This document shows positions 20,978 to 29,357 of a DNA stretch of 64,000 nucleotides, in pieces (position 1 is the first letter of the stretch; each line of letters opens with the position of its first letter). The notes below the pieces were generated by a model. It was not told the DNA's origin. It saw nothing but the letters and a program-made list of their open reading frames with translations, and did not search any database. Position numbers and translations under genes: made by a program. This DNA comes from an uncultured Nitrospinota bacterium. Lineage in GTDB: Bacteria; Nitrospinota; Nitrospinia; Nitrospinales; JAJDAT01. The DNA lies in contig CAYFMN010000014.1 in assembly GCA_964344185.1 (NCBI GenBank), positions 1,384-65,383 of the forward strand, given 5' to 3'.

Positions 20978-21782
20978 AAGCTGCAATGGAGTTTGGAAAA
21001 GTCTCCTTAGCATTCTGTTCAAGTTTGCCAATGAATTCATCGTTGTGGGTAGGGTCATGATGAAAAAGAACAAAATTTTTAATACCAGCGGCTTTAACTA
21101 GTTTTAAACCTTCTTCAGCAGTACTATGCCCCCAGGTCTTTTTAGACATTTGACCGTTTAAGCCATAGTATTCGTCTGGAGTGTATTGACAGTCGTAAAT
21201 TAAATAATCCGCCCCCTGGCACAACTTAACAAGATTTTCATCCAATCTATCTTCATAGTGCTCAGTATCAGTAGCAAATACTATAGCTTGGTTATCACAA
21301 TCAATCCTATATGCAAAAGAATTATTAGGATGATTCTGACTTGTTAGAGTGACTTGATAATTGTTTCCCTTAACAACGTCTCCCGGAGCTATATCATTAA
21401 ATGTAATCTTAGCTCCCATTATATCCATAGCAACTGGAAAACACGGAGCTGTCATTTGTTTTTTTAAGGTCTCTTCAATTGTGACAGGCATGCAAGAGCC
21501 GCCATATATTTCAAACTCATTGCCAGGAACGTAAAGCGGCGTAAAAAAAGGCAATCCTTGAATATGATCCCAATGAACATGGGAATAAAAAATTTTACCT
21601 TTTATAGGCAAACTTTTCATCAATTCGTTGCCCAAATATCGTATACCGGTACCGCTATCAAATATTAGCAATTCGTCTCCGCAACGAACTTCTAAGCAAG
21701 TGGTGTTGCCGCCAACCTTAGCGGTATCAGGACTCCCAGAAGGAACGCTACCTCTAACTCCCCAAAATTTAAACTTAATCAT
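20922..21782 (-). CDS. MBL-fold metallo-hydrolase
   Basis: HxHxDH motif (SHVHWDHIQG) and an N-terminal FWGVRGS pattern typical of the Lactamase_B_2 subgroup. Confidence 0.85.
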   Translation of the reverse strand: MIKFKFWGVRGSVPSGSPDTAKVGGNTTCLEVRCGDELLIFDSGTGIRYLGNELMKSLPIKGKIFYSHVHWDHIQGLPFFTPLYVPGNEFEIYGGSCMPVTIEETLKKQMTAPCFPVAMDIMGAKITFNDIAPGDVVKGNNYQVTLTSQNHPNNSFAYRIDCDNQAIVFATDTEHYEDRLDENLVKLCQGADYLIYDCQYTPDEYYGLNGQMSKKTWGHSTAEEGLKLVKAAGIKNFVLFHHDPTHNDEFIGKLEQNAKETFPNSIAAYEGLEIEVGKPITNSLFT

Positions 21783-21909
21783 TCTTTTACTGTATGAATA
21801 TGGGAAAAATACCCTCTTTAGGGTTTTCTATAAAGGGAGATAATTCCAAAAACGCTAATTGTAACATAACGTTATACAAAAAAAAACTTTCCTAAAAAAC
21901 GGCTAAAAC

Positions 21910-22749
21910 TCATAATCTGCATTTTTTTAACCATTGCTCGCTATACTCAATTTCTCTATTCGTCAGCGATCCCGGTATTAATTTACTTCGTAAAAAATTT
22001 GCAAACTCATCTTTAAAAACCTTAAGAGCTTGTTGAAATAAAATTGGCTTACCAAAATACTCATCAATAGAAATTGAAGATTCAGTCAGCTTTATTAGAT
22101 TTGCTTGGGCTAATTGAGAATTTTCAAAAAAAAGAAGGGAGTTTAAAAGAGGCCTGTCAAATTTCAAAATAAGGGATCCATGTTGTAAAAACGCTCGTTT
22201 CATTCGTCTTTGCGCGCTTCCAATTATTTTTTTACCTAGACAAGTTAATTCATAATGATTTGCTAAAGAAAAACAAGCTGGGCCATTGTAACTTCTGGAC
22301 TTTGATGGAAGAGCAAATTGAATAGCCTCCCTGGAACAACCCAAATTCACAAGACAATCAGTCAACATTTTAGAAATAACACACATAGAACTCCTCAGAT
22401 CTCCTGCAAAAAGTCGATAATCATTAGGAGCTATTAAACTATAAGTTAACTCCTCGCTATGCAAAAGAACTCTTCCACCCGTAGGTCTGCGAATAATTTG
22501 AATACCTAACTCTCGTGCTTTTTCTATATTTATTAATTTACTTGGCTGTTGAGAATACCCAATAGTTAAAGTAGGTTTTTTCCATCCATAAAGCTTAATC
22601 GTCGGAGGGGAGGCTCCTTGTTCACAGGATTGTAAACAAGCCATATCTTCAGCCATATTATGATCACCCTCAGCCAAATCCCCACCCAGAAAACGCCATT
22701 CTTCCTGGTTCGCCTCAAAATATTTTTGTTTTGACTCGCTTAATTCCAT
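21910..22749 (-). CDS. lipoate-protein ligase / octanoyltransferase family protein (BPL_LplA_LipB)
   Basis: RRPTGGRVLLH motif and the lysine-containing GKKIIGSAQRR motif. Confidence 0.75.
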   Translation of the reverse strand: MELSESKQKYFEANQEEWRFLGGDLAEGDHNMAEDMACLQSCEQGASPPTIKLYGWKKPTLTIGYSQQPSKLINIEKARELGIQIIRRPTGGRVLLHSEELTYSLIAPNDYRLFAGDLRSSMCVISKMLTDCLVNLGCSREAIQFALPSKSRSYNGPACFSLANHYELTCLGKKIIGSAQRRMKRAFLQHGSLILKFDRPLLNSLLFFENSQLAQANLIKLTESSISIDEYFGKPILFQQALKVFKDEFANFLRSKLIPGSLTNREIEYSEQWLKKCRL

Positions 22750-22808
22750 TTAATATCATTTATATATAAGCCATTATCCCACTATTGAAAATCAAAGTTC
22801 CTCTTTAA

Positions 22809-23891
22809 ATGTTAAATCAAATACGCTTAACTTTTTATATTTTTTTTATTTTTCTAATACTCTACGTTTTTGGAATTATGTTACCCGCCTTTGGCTTTGA
22901 AAACTTTTCTCACTTTGAGAATTCTGGTCAAACCTGCCAAACCAGTTGCCATCAACCAGAAAACATCGTCAAAATTAAAAAAAATAAGTTTGAATCTGCC
23001 GCTTGTAAACAATGCCATTTAGGGAAAAAAGAACTTATTCCAATATCGCCATTCAAATCTAAATTGCAAAATCAAACTCTTAAAAGGTTAGAAATCGCTT
23101 CTAACGAAGATCATGAAAATAATAAAATAGCTATAAAACAAAACCTTAAATCTACAAAAAAATCGAAGCAATCACCTTTCAAGGACATGGCCTTTGTTGC
23201 AAATGGCGAATTCATTATGGGATCAAACGACCGTTGGGACGACGAGGCTCCCGAGTTCATTTCTGAAACGGAAGCGTTTTATATAGATTTATATGAAACA
23301 ACAAACCAGGAATATAAAAAATATGTGGACGCGACTAAATCAGAACCACCTTACCACTGGATAAATGGAAAAATACCAAAAGGCAAAGAAAACCATCCTG
23401 TAATCTATGTTAATTGGTTTGACGCAACAAACTATTGCAAATGGAATGGAAAACGCTTGCCAACCGAAAAAGAATGGGAAAAAGCAGCTAGAGGCAAAGA
23501 TGGCTTGATTTATCCCTGGGGTAACGAGTGGACTTTAGATAAATCTAACAATCCCTATAATGGCTCAACAGGGACAAAACCCGTAGGCTCTTACCCAAAT
23601 GGGAGAAGTCCGTATGGATTATACGATATGTCGGGAAACGTTTGGGAGTGGGTCGATAGTTTTTACTTACCTCATGAAGGAAATACCATTCCTCGCCCTG
23701 AATACGGAAAAAGAAACCGCGTTTTAAAAGGGGGATCCTGGTTCGACTGCCTTTCCTATGGATGTGGATTAAGCGCGCCTACATTTAACCGCAGTTTTTT
23801 TACTCCAGAAGTACGTAACAATAGTTTTGGATTTCGTTGCGCAAAAGATTACAAAGAAAACGTTTCCCACTTAATTTCAAACCCAAAATAA
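22809..23891 (+). CDS. FGE/SUMF1-domain protein with N-terminal membrane anchor and two heme-c-type cysteine motifs
   Basis: C-terminal FGE-sulfatase domain (HPVIYVNWFDATNYCKW, GNVWEWV, LKGGSWF, FGFRCA). The N-terminus has a TM helix, then CQTSCH (CX3CH) and CKQCH (CXXCH). Confidence 0.8.
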   Translation: MLNQIRLTFYIFFIFLILYVFGIMLPAFGFENFSHFENSGQTCQTSCHQPENIVKIKKNKFESAACKQCHLGKKELIPISPFKSKLQNQTLKRLEIASNEDHENNKIAIKQNLKSTKKSKQSPFKDMAFVANGEFIMGSNDRWDDEAPEFISETEAFYIDLYETTNQEYKKYVDATKSEPPYHWINGKIPKGKENHPVIYVNWFDATNYCKWNGKRLPTEKEWEKAARGKDGLIYPWGNEWTLDKSNNPYNGSTGTKPVGSYPNGRSPYGLYDMSGNVWEWVDSFYLPHEGNTIPRPEYGKRNRVLKGGSWFDCLSYGCGLSAPTFNRSFFTPEVRNNSFGFRCAKDYKENVSHLISNPK

Positions 23892-23894
23892 AAA

Positions 23895-24074
23895 ATGGAA
23901 GAACAGTCCTATAAAAAACCTGAAATAAGCAGAACCCGTAAAATTCTTATTTGGGCTTTTATGATCAGTTTTTGGGTCTTTTTCTACTGGTACCACGACC
24001 CGGAAAGAACTTCAAAAACGGAATCAAGGGTTGATCAGGAAATGCGTGATATAAATTCACTGCCAAAAGAGTAG
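23895..24074 (+). CDS. possible 59-aa single-pass membrane protein (below the ORF-track cutoff)
   Basis: ATG lies 3 nt after the FGE gene stop. Translation: MEEQSYKKPEISRTRKILIWAFMISFWVFFYWYHDPERTSKTESRVDQEMRDINSLPKE, with one hydrophobic helix. No clear SD. Confidence 0.35.
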   Translation: MEEQSYKKPEISRTRKILIWAFMISFWVFFYWYHDPERTSKTESRVDQEMRDINSLPKE

Positions 24075-24090
24075 AAAATAAATAGAACTT

Positions 24091-24963
24091 TTACTGTTTT
24101 TGCCTAAAGCGGTCTTTAATAATGCTTGGGTTTTCTCTCAATAAATCCAAAGCATTTCTCTTGGGTCTTAATTGAATTAATTCCTCCGGATTCTTATTTA
24201 AATGAACTAAAGTTTCTGGAATTTTTCTCGCTTCCCCTAAGTTATCTTTATTATCTTTTTCTGTATTTTGCTCTTTCCTATTGCTTAAAGGCAAATCTAT
24301 TTCTAAATCGTTTAAAGCTGAAGACGAATTATGAAAAATTAAGCTTTTTTCTTCGGGTCGCAATTTTTGATTCATATCCTGAGGAATTTTAGAAGGAAGA
24401 TTCACAGGTTTTTCTCTTTCTGAATTTATATAAGTTGAAAAATCACCGCTTAGCTTTCCGTCATTTAATTTCTCAAAATCTCGTGTATCAAAACCCTTTC
24501 CACCAAAAATAAGTTTTTTATCAGCTACTCGCAATCGTTCAGGGATTCCAATAATTGGCCTAGCGTCCAAGGCGGCTTTATTCCTATAAGCTAAAGAGTC
24601 TTCAAAACGATCAAGATTAAGATAACTGCGGTTTATCTCAGATTCTGGAAGAATTTCTACATCTTCAGTGCGGCTTATCAAAAAACCCGTATCTTTTCCT
24701 TTAGAATCTTTGCCTTTCTTCGATTGGTCTTTCTTCAAATTTGGTTCAAAACTTATTTCTAAAACCATGTGATCGTAAGACAAATCTGCGGTTGTTTCTA
24801 ATTTCAATTCGGAAGCAACAACCACAATCTCTTGTTCGCTTGCGCCACAACCTACAAAAAAAGTGCAAACGAGTCCCATTCCTACTATTAAAAATAGGTT
24901 TTTTTTAAAATATTGGAGAATTACTAAAGCCTTTATTTCAAATAAAAAATGTCGTTTGTTCAT
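24091..24963 (-). CDS. hypothetical lipoprotein
   Basis: Signal peptide with lipobox-like FFVGC. K/E/D-rich with no recognisable domain. Confidence 0.55.
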   Translation of the reverse strand: MNKRHFLFEIKALVILQYFKKNLFLIVGMGLVCTFFVGCGASEQEIVVVASELKLETTADLSYDHMVLEISFEPNLKKDQSKKGKDSKGKDTGFLISRTEDVEILPESEINRSYLNLDRFEDSLAYRNKAALDARPIIGIPERLRVADKKLIFGGKGFDTRDFEKLNDGKLSGDFSTYINSEREKPVNLPSKIPQDMNQKLRPEEKSLIFHNSSSALNDLEIDLPLSNRKEQNTEKDNKDNLGEARKIPETLVHLNKNPEELIQLRPKRNALDLLRENPSIIKDRFRQKQ

Positions 24964-25347
24964 TTACTTAAACGAAATAGATCAAATTGACCAAATAAAA
25001 AATGGCATTGAGTTTGCACTTAATAATATTGATCGGAATATTGACGCAAAACGTTAAATCGGCAGGAAATAATGGCCAAATCAATAAACTTAAATACAAG
25101 GTTAAACCCTAAAGGAGTTCAGGGTTTAAAAAAGAAGTTGATTGCGGGAGAAATAACTGCAAAAACCTTTAAGGCTGTAATTAAACGTCAAATTTTAAAA
25201 CAAAATGATATTATCCCCAGCCGCCAAAGGTTAAAACCCTTGCGTCATTGCGTCAGAATAATACGAAAAAATTTTCAGTTATTTGTAAATAACGCTTCCT
25301 GGTCAATATTAAAGAAAAAATTTAAATTTCTTTCAAAAAACCTAAAT

Positions 25348-27783
25348 TTAATCCAATTTAAACCTACTAACCAACTCATTAAGTTTTTCCGACATTTCAG
25401 ATAATTTATGAGTCACATTTGAAGTTTGCTTAATCGCTGTGGAAGATTGCCTAGTTCCATTAACAATTTCTTTCAAAGCGGAAAGCACTTGTTCAGTTCC
25501 GGTTTTTTGCTGCTTTGTTGAAAGAGAAATCTGAGATGCAGCATCGGCTGCACTTTTAGCCCTATCCACCAATCTTTCTAACTCTTCTATTGTTTGGCCA
25601 GCTAATACATTTCCTTCCTTAATTCTATTGGACCCTTGCTCTGAGTTTATTACCAGCCGATTGATCGCTTGCTGAATTTCATCAATCTTACTTTGGATTT
25701 CACCGGTCGAATCCATAACATTATCGGCTAATTGGCGGATTTCAACCGCTACAACTCCAAAGCGTTTTCCAGCTTCCCCTGCGCTTGAAGCTTCAATCGC
25801 CGCATTAAATGCAATTAGTTTGGTCTGATCGGCAATATTATTAATAATCTCCATAACCTTACCAATTTCATTTGATTTTCTACCTAATTCTACAATTTCC
25901 TTCATTCCCACCTGATTATCTTCAGAAATTTCATCCATCTTAAGCTTTAATGATCCGATTGCTCTCATGCCACGTTCAGAATCATGTAATGAATCGGCAG
26001 AAATTTTGGCTACAGAATCCGCATTTTCCGCCACCTGATTGGACGAAGCGGAAAGCTCCTCAACGGTAGAAGAAATTTCTGTTACGGACGCAGACTGCTC
26101 AGCTGAAACTGAGGCTTGATCTTGTACTGTGCTAGAAATTTCTTTAGAGGATAGAGCCAAATCATTGGCCATATTTGCTATTCCTTTCATGTTCTTTGAT
26201 AAATTCGCAAAGAACATTTCAAGGCCTTCTCCCATTTGCCCAATAGCGGATTCTCCTCTTACTTCTATATTTTTAGTCAAATCCCCCTTGGCCGCAGCGC
26301 TAACGCATTCTAATATGGCGTCAACTTTATTTTTCAAATCCTCTGCCTGGGTTTCCCGTTCTGTCGCCATTTCTTTAAACTCAATATCCGCTTTTTGTTT
26401 ATCTCTAAGCTCATGAGTCATTTTTCCAAAAGCTATCGATAACTCGCCTTTTAATTCATAGGTTTTTGATAAATCGCCTTCCGCAATATCCTTTGCCTGA
26501 TTAACTATCTCCCTCATGGTATCTAACATAGTGTTGTATGTATTGGACAACACTCCAATTTCATCTTCAGAAGTAACCGGCAAGTTTTCTTGCATAAAAT
26601 TTCCTTTGGAAATTTCTTTCATCACCCCAGAAACTTTACGAATAGGTTTTACAACGGAAGTCGAAAAAAAGTAAGCTATGCAAATTAAAGCCGCTAAAGT
26701 CAAAGTGACAAAAACCACGACCGTACTTTTTATACCTTTTTGATTTGCATTTGCGAGACGATTATATAAATCCACAATTTTATTACTTTTATCGCGCAAC
26801 TCATTAGATAAAACCAAAATTTCTTGTTGCGCATCTCTATATTTTGGGGAGTCAACTTCTGAAGTAAGAAGTTTATCTACAGCGGCTAAAAATTTGACAA
26901 AAACTTTGTCAACATCTTCGAGATTATCTTGAATTGTTTCATCGGTTATCGGATTTACAGAAATCGTGTTCTTATATGCCATGTCTGTAGGATATTTTCC
27001 TCCCTTCCTCATAGCCCTTAAGGTATCTTCAAAAATTTTCTTAGCCCTATCGAATTCTATTAAGCTTGCGTTCAACTCTCTCTTACCTCTTGCGATATCG
27101 GCTGAAAACAATAAATTATATTTTCTAATACCCAATATATCTCCAATGGCAAACTTTTTGCCGCTTTTCAATGCAGTATGACAATTGACACAAGCTTGAA
27201 CCGTGGCTTTATCCGAAGTATATAATCTAATATAGAGCTTGTTATCTTGCTCCAGAGTTTTTGTATAAACCCGCTTGGCTTTCTTTGTTAGAAACTCATA
27301 CGCTTCTCTATCCATATCAGTCATCAAACCCTTATTAGGATTAACTGGATCTGGAGAAATAATGTCTATAGTAAAATCTCTTCCTGCTCCGAATTTTGCG
27401 TTCACCATTCGAGTCAAGGTAGCGGGAAATGGAATTGCAGGATGCTCTTCGGATTCTGGATCCATACTAATCGTAAGATCTTTTTCTTTAGCGGGCCCAA
27501 TTACCTCCTTAGTATACGTTCCTCTCATTTGAGTAATATAACGATCCAAAGACATAACGCGTTGAACAATATTTTGTTTGCGGCTTTTAGCCATCGCATT
27601 CCCTAAAGCGGCTTTACCCATGGCTTGACTCAACATTCTTTGCCTTCCTAGAGCATTGGTAATATCCGCATCTTTTTGGGCCGAACTTAAAGAATCAAAA
27701 ATGACGTAGGCGCAAACTCCCATAACTACGATCATCAAACTAAATACAAATATCGCTTTTTTGTTTAAAGACCAGTTCTTCAT
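25348..27783 (-). CDS. methyl-accepting chemotaxis protein with periplasmic PilJ-like plus DUF3365/Tll0287-like CxxCH sensor region
   Basis: TM1 at about aa 12-29. GRQRMLSQ (PilJ/NarX-type box), then IPFPAT...NPN...CVNCH (the heme-c motif lies at 27178-27192). TM2, HAMP, and a canonical signalling domain IADQTKLIAFNAAIEASSAGEAGKRFGVVAVEIRQLAD. Confidence 0.9.
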   Translation of the reverse strand: MKNWSLNKKAIFVFSLMIVVMGVCAYVIFDSLSSAQKDADITNALGRQRMLSQAMGKAALGNAMAKSRKQNIVQRVMSLDRYITQMRGTYTKEVIGPAKEKDLTISMDPESEEHPAIPFPATLTRMVNAKFGAGRDFTIDIISPDPVNPNKGLMTDMDREAYEFLTKKAKRVYTKTLEQDNKLYIRLYTSDKATVQACVNCHTALKSGKKFAIGDILGIRKYNLLFSADIARGKRELNASLIEFDRAKKIFEDTLRAMRKGGKYPTDMAYKNTISVNPITDETIQDNLEDVDKVFVKFLAAVDKLLTSEVDSPKYRDAQQEILVLSNELRDKSNKIVDLYNRLANANQKGIKSTVVVFVTLTLAALICIAYFFSTSVVKPIRKVSGVMKEISKGNFMQENLPVTSEDEIGVLSNTYNTMLDTMREIVNQAKDIAEGDLSKTYELKGELSIAFGKMTHELRDKQKADIEFKEMATERETQAEDLKNKVDAILECVSAAAKGDLTKNIEVRGESAIGQMGEGLEMFFANLSKNMKGIANMANDLALSSKEISSTVQDQASVSAEQSASVTEISSTVEELSASSNQVAENADSVAKISADSLHDSERGMRAIGSLKLKMDEISEDNQVGMKEIVELGRKSNEIGKVMEIINNIADQTKLIAFNAAIEASSAGEAGKRFGVVAVEIRQLADNVMDSTGEIQSKIDEIQQAINRLVINSEQGSNRIKEGNVLAGQTIEELERLVDRAKSAADAASQISLSTKQQKTGTEQVLSALKEIVNGTRQSSTAIKQTSNVTHKLSEMSEKLNELVSRFKLD

Positions 27784-27948
27784 TGAACGTCCTCCCGGAC
27801 CATTTCGTTATTAATCAAACGACGGTTTACTGTCTGCGAATCAGAATAGAAACGACTTTGGTAAAAGTTTTTGACCGCAATATTGCAGGCTTTGAAAAAT
27901 TTGCGCGCTGTCGTCAAGATTCACTCATCAATTACTATATTTACTAAC

Positions 27949-28440
27949 TTAATTCGATTCCCCTTCGCCATCTTCAACATTTTCCAGCAACTCCTGATTT
28001 TCTAACTTAGGCAAAGAGTCTTGAAGTCGATAAAAATCTACTAATAAGGCTAAATCATCATCTATAAATACTGCCGCCCATATAGCGTCAGCCGTTTTAT
28101 GGCTTTCCAGAAGAGGCGGTAATAATCTTATCGATTGAATGTTAATATTTACGATATTATCCGGTTGATCAATGACAATACCAACATCCTGATCGCTATC
28201 TTTTATCAAAATCACCTTTGGTTTTTTATATTCAACTTTGATATCTCTAAATGAAATTGCTTCTGTAAAGTTTCTTATATCCCAATCTTCACGCTGTGCT
28301 TGAGAGAAATCAACCATCTCTTCTATTTGTTCCATATCCGCGCCAAAGCACACGCCCATAATCTTGAAAATCAATAAACGAATTTCGTCATCGGCAACTC
28401 TATCAAACTCTTTATTTGCTTTAATATTGACTTCGCTCAT
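27949..28440 (-). CDS. CheW-like protein (divergent)
   Basis: CheW-like pattern LLIFKIMGVCFGADMEQIEEM. 4-nt overlap with the upstream cheW. Acidic C-terminus. Confidence 0.6.
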   Translation of the reverse strand: MSEVNIKANKEFDRVADDEIRLLIFKIMGVCFGADMEQIEEMVDFSQAQREDWDIRNFTEAISFRDIKVEYKKPKVILIKDSDQDVGIVIDQPDNIVNINIQSIRLLPPLLESHKTADAIWAAVFIDDDLALLVDFYRLQDSLPKLENQELLENVEDGEGESN

Positions 28441-28997
28441 TTGTTTGGAATGTCAGCCGAAGGTTCTATTTTACCCTCGGATATTTTTTCAAAAACTTTC
28501 CCAATATCCAGCAAAACAACATTATTGTTTTTATATGTTGTCTCTCCCACAACAAAATAACGAATTTCTTCATTTAAGGTTGAAATCGCTTGTTTAATGG
28601 ATTCTTCTGGAACTTCAACAACATCCACGACAGAGTCAACTAAAACCCCTGATCTCACTCCAGCTTTTTCGGCAATGACAATTCTACCTTTGCCTCCAGT
28701 TGATTCCTTTTCCGTAATATTTAAAAACGTTCTGATATTTAACACAGATTGAATATCGCCACGCACATTGACAATCCCTAAAATATACTCTGGAGTTCCG
28801 GGCACAAAATAAATGGTTAATACCGAAAGTATTTCTTTGACGTCTTTTCCATAAAATGCATAAAAAGAATCGTTTAAAGTAAACACGACTAGTTCAACTT
28901 TTTTTTCTTCGACTTGGATAGTTTGTTTCTCATCCAGACGTTTTTTTATTGCCTCAAGGATTCGATCGCTTTTCCTTTTTTCAATTTCCTCACCCAC
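28437..28997 (-). CDS. cheW: chemotaxis coupling protein CheW
   Basis: LVVFTLNDSFYAFYGKDVKEIL...ILGIVNVRGDIQSVLNIR. Confidence 0.85.
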   Translation of the reverse strand: MGEEIEKRKSDRILEAIKKRLDEKQTIQVEEKKVELVVFTLNDSFYAFYGKDVKEILSVLTIYFVPGTPEYILGIVNVRGDIQSVLNIRTFLNITEKESTGGKGRIVIAEKAGVRSGVLVDSVVDVVEVPEESIKQAISTLNEEIRYFVVGETTYKNNNVVLLDIGKVFEKISEGKIEPSADIPNK

Positions 28998-29057
28998 AGC
29001 AATCCTCCATACCCTTCGGGCTAAAATTAGTTATCAATATAATTTATTGCAAAATTA

Positions 29058-29357
29058 CTACTTAGTAGTCATCACGTAAGAACCGTCCCAGTCTTCGGCT
29101 GGGGGATTCTCTTTATAAAGACGCGATCTCTCAATATATAGCGACGCTGGCTTATCGTTTGGATTAAGCGTTAGAACTTCTTCAAAATACATTACGCCTT
29201 CATCCCATTCTCGTCGGTGAAAACAACTATATCCTTCGTTAAATATTTCTATACATTCTTTCATTTTAGGGAAAGTTGATTCATCATGAAAATCTAAAAT
29301 CTCAAAAACGCTAACTGGTTTCGTTTTTCCTTTTACAATTAATTTGTCAACTTCGCG
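29058..29357 (-). other. in-frame 3' continuation of the cyclase gene beyond an internal TAG (includes the 68-aa track ORF 29058..29264)
   Basis: The 31 codons after the TAG read REVDKLIVKGKTKPVSVFEILDFHDESTFPK without a stop and run into MKECIEIF.... The VKGK..PV..FEIL stretch is the last conserved block of class III cyclases, followed by a TPR-like tail ending PPAEDWDGSY. Confidence 0.75.

Noticed and set aside
20978-21073. N-terminal 32 codons of the FG-GAP ORF as given in the track
   Set aside because: This start would overlap the MBL gene by 150 nt and precede the obvious hydrophobic leader. The internal ATG at 20977 (or the TTG at 20962) is a better start.
25072-25404. 110-aa very basic plus-strand ORF between the lipoprotein gene and the MCP gene
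   Set aside because: It has no SD and no recognisable motif. Its low-complexity K/N/I/F-rich composition is typical of AT-rich non-coding sequence, and its 3' end overlaps the convergent MCP gene by 57 nt. It is probably spurious, though not excluded.
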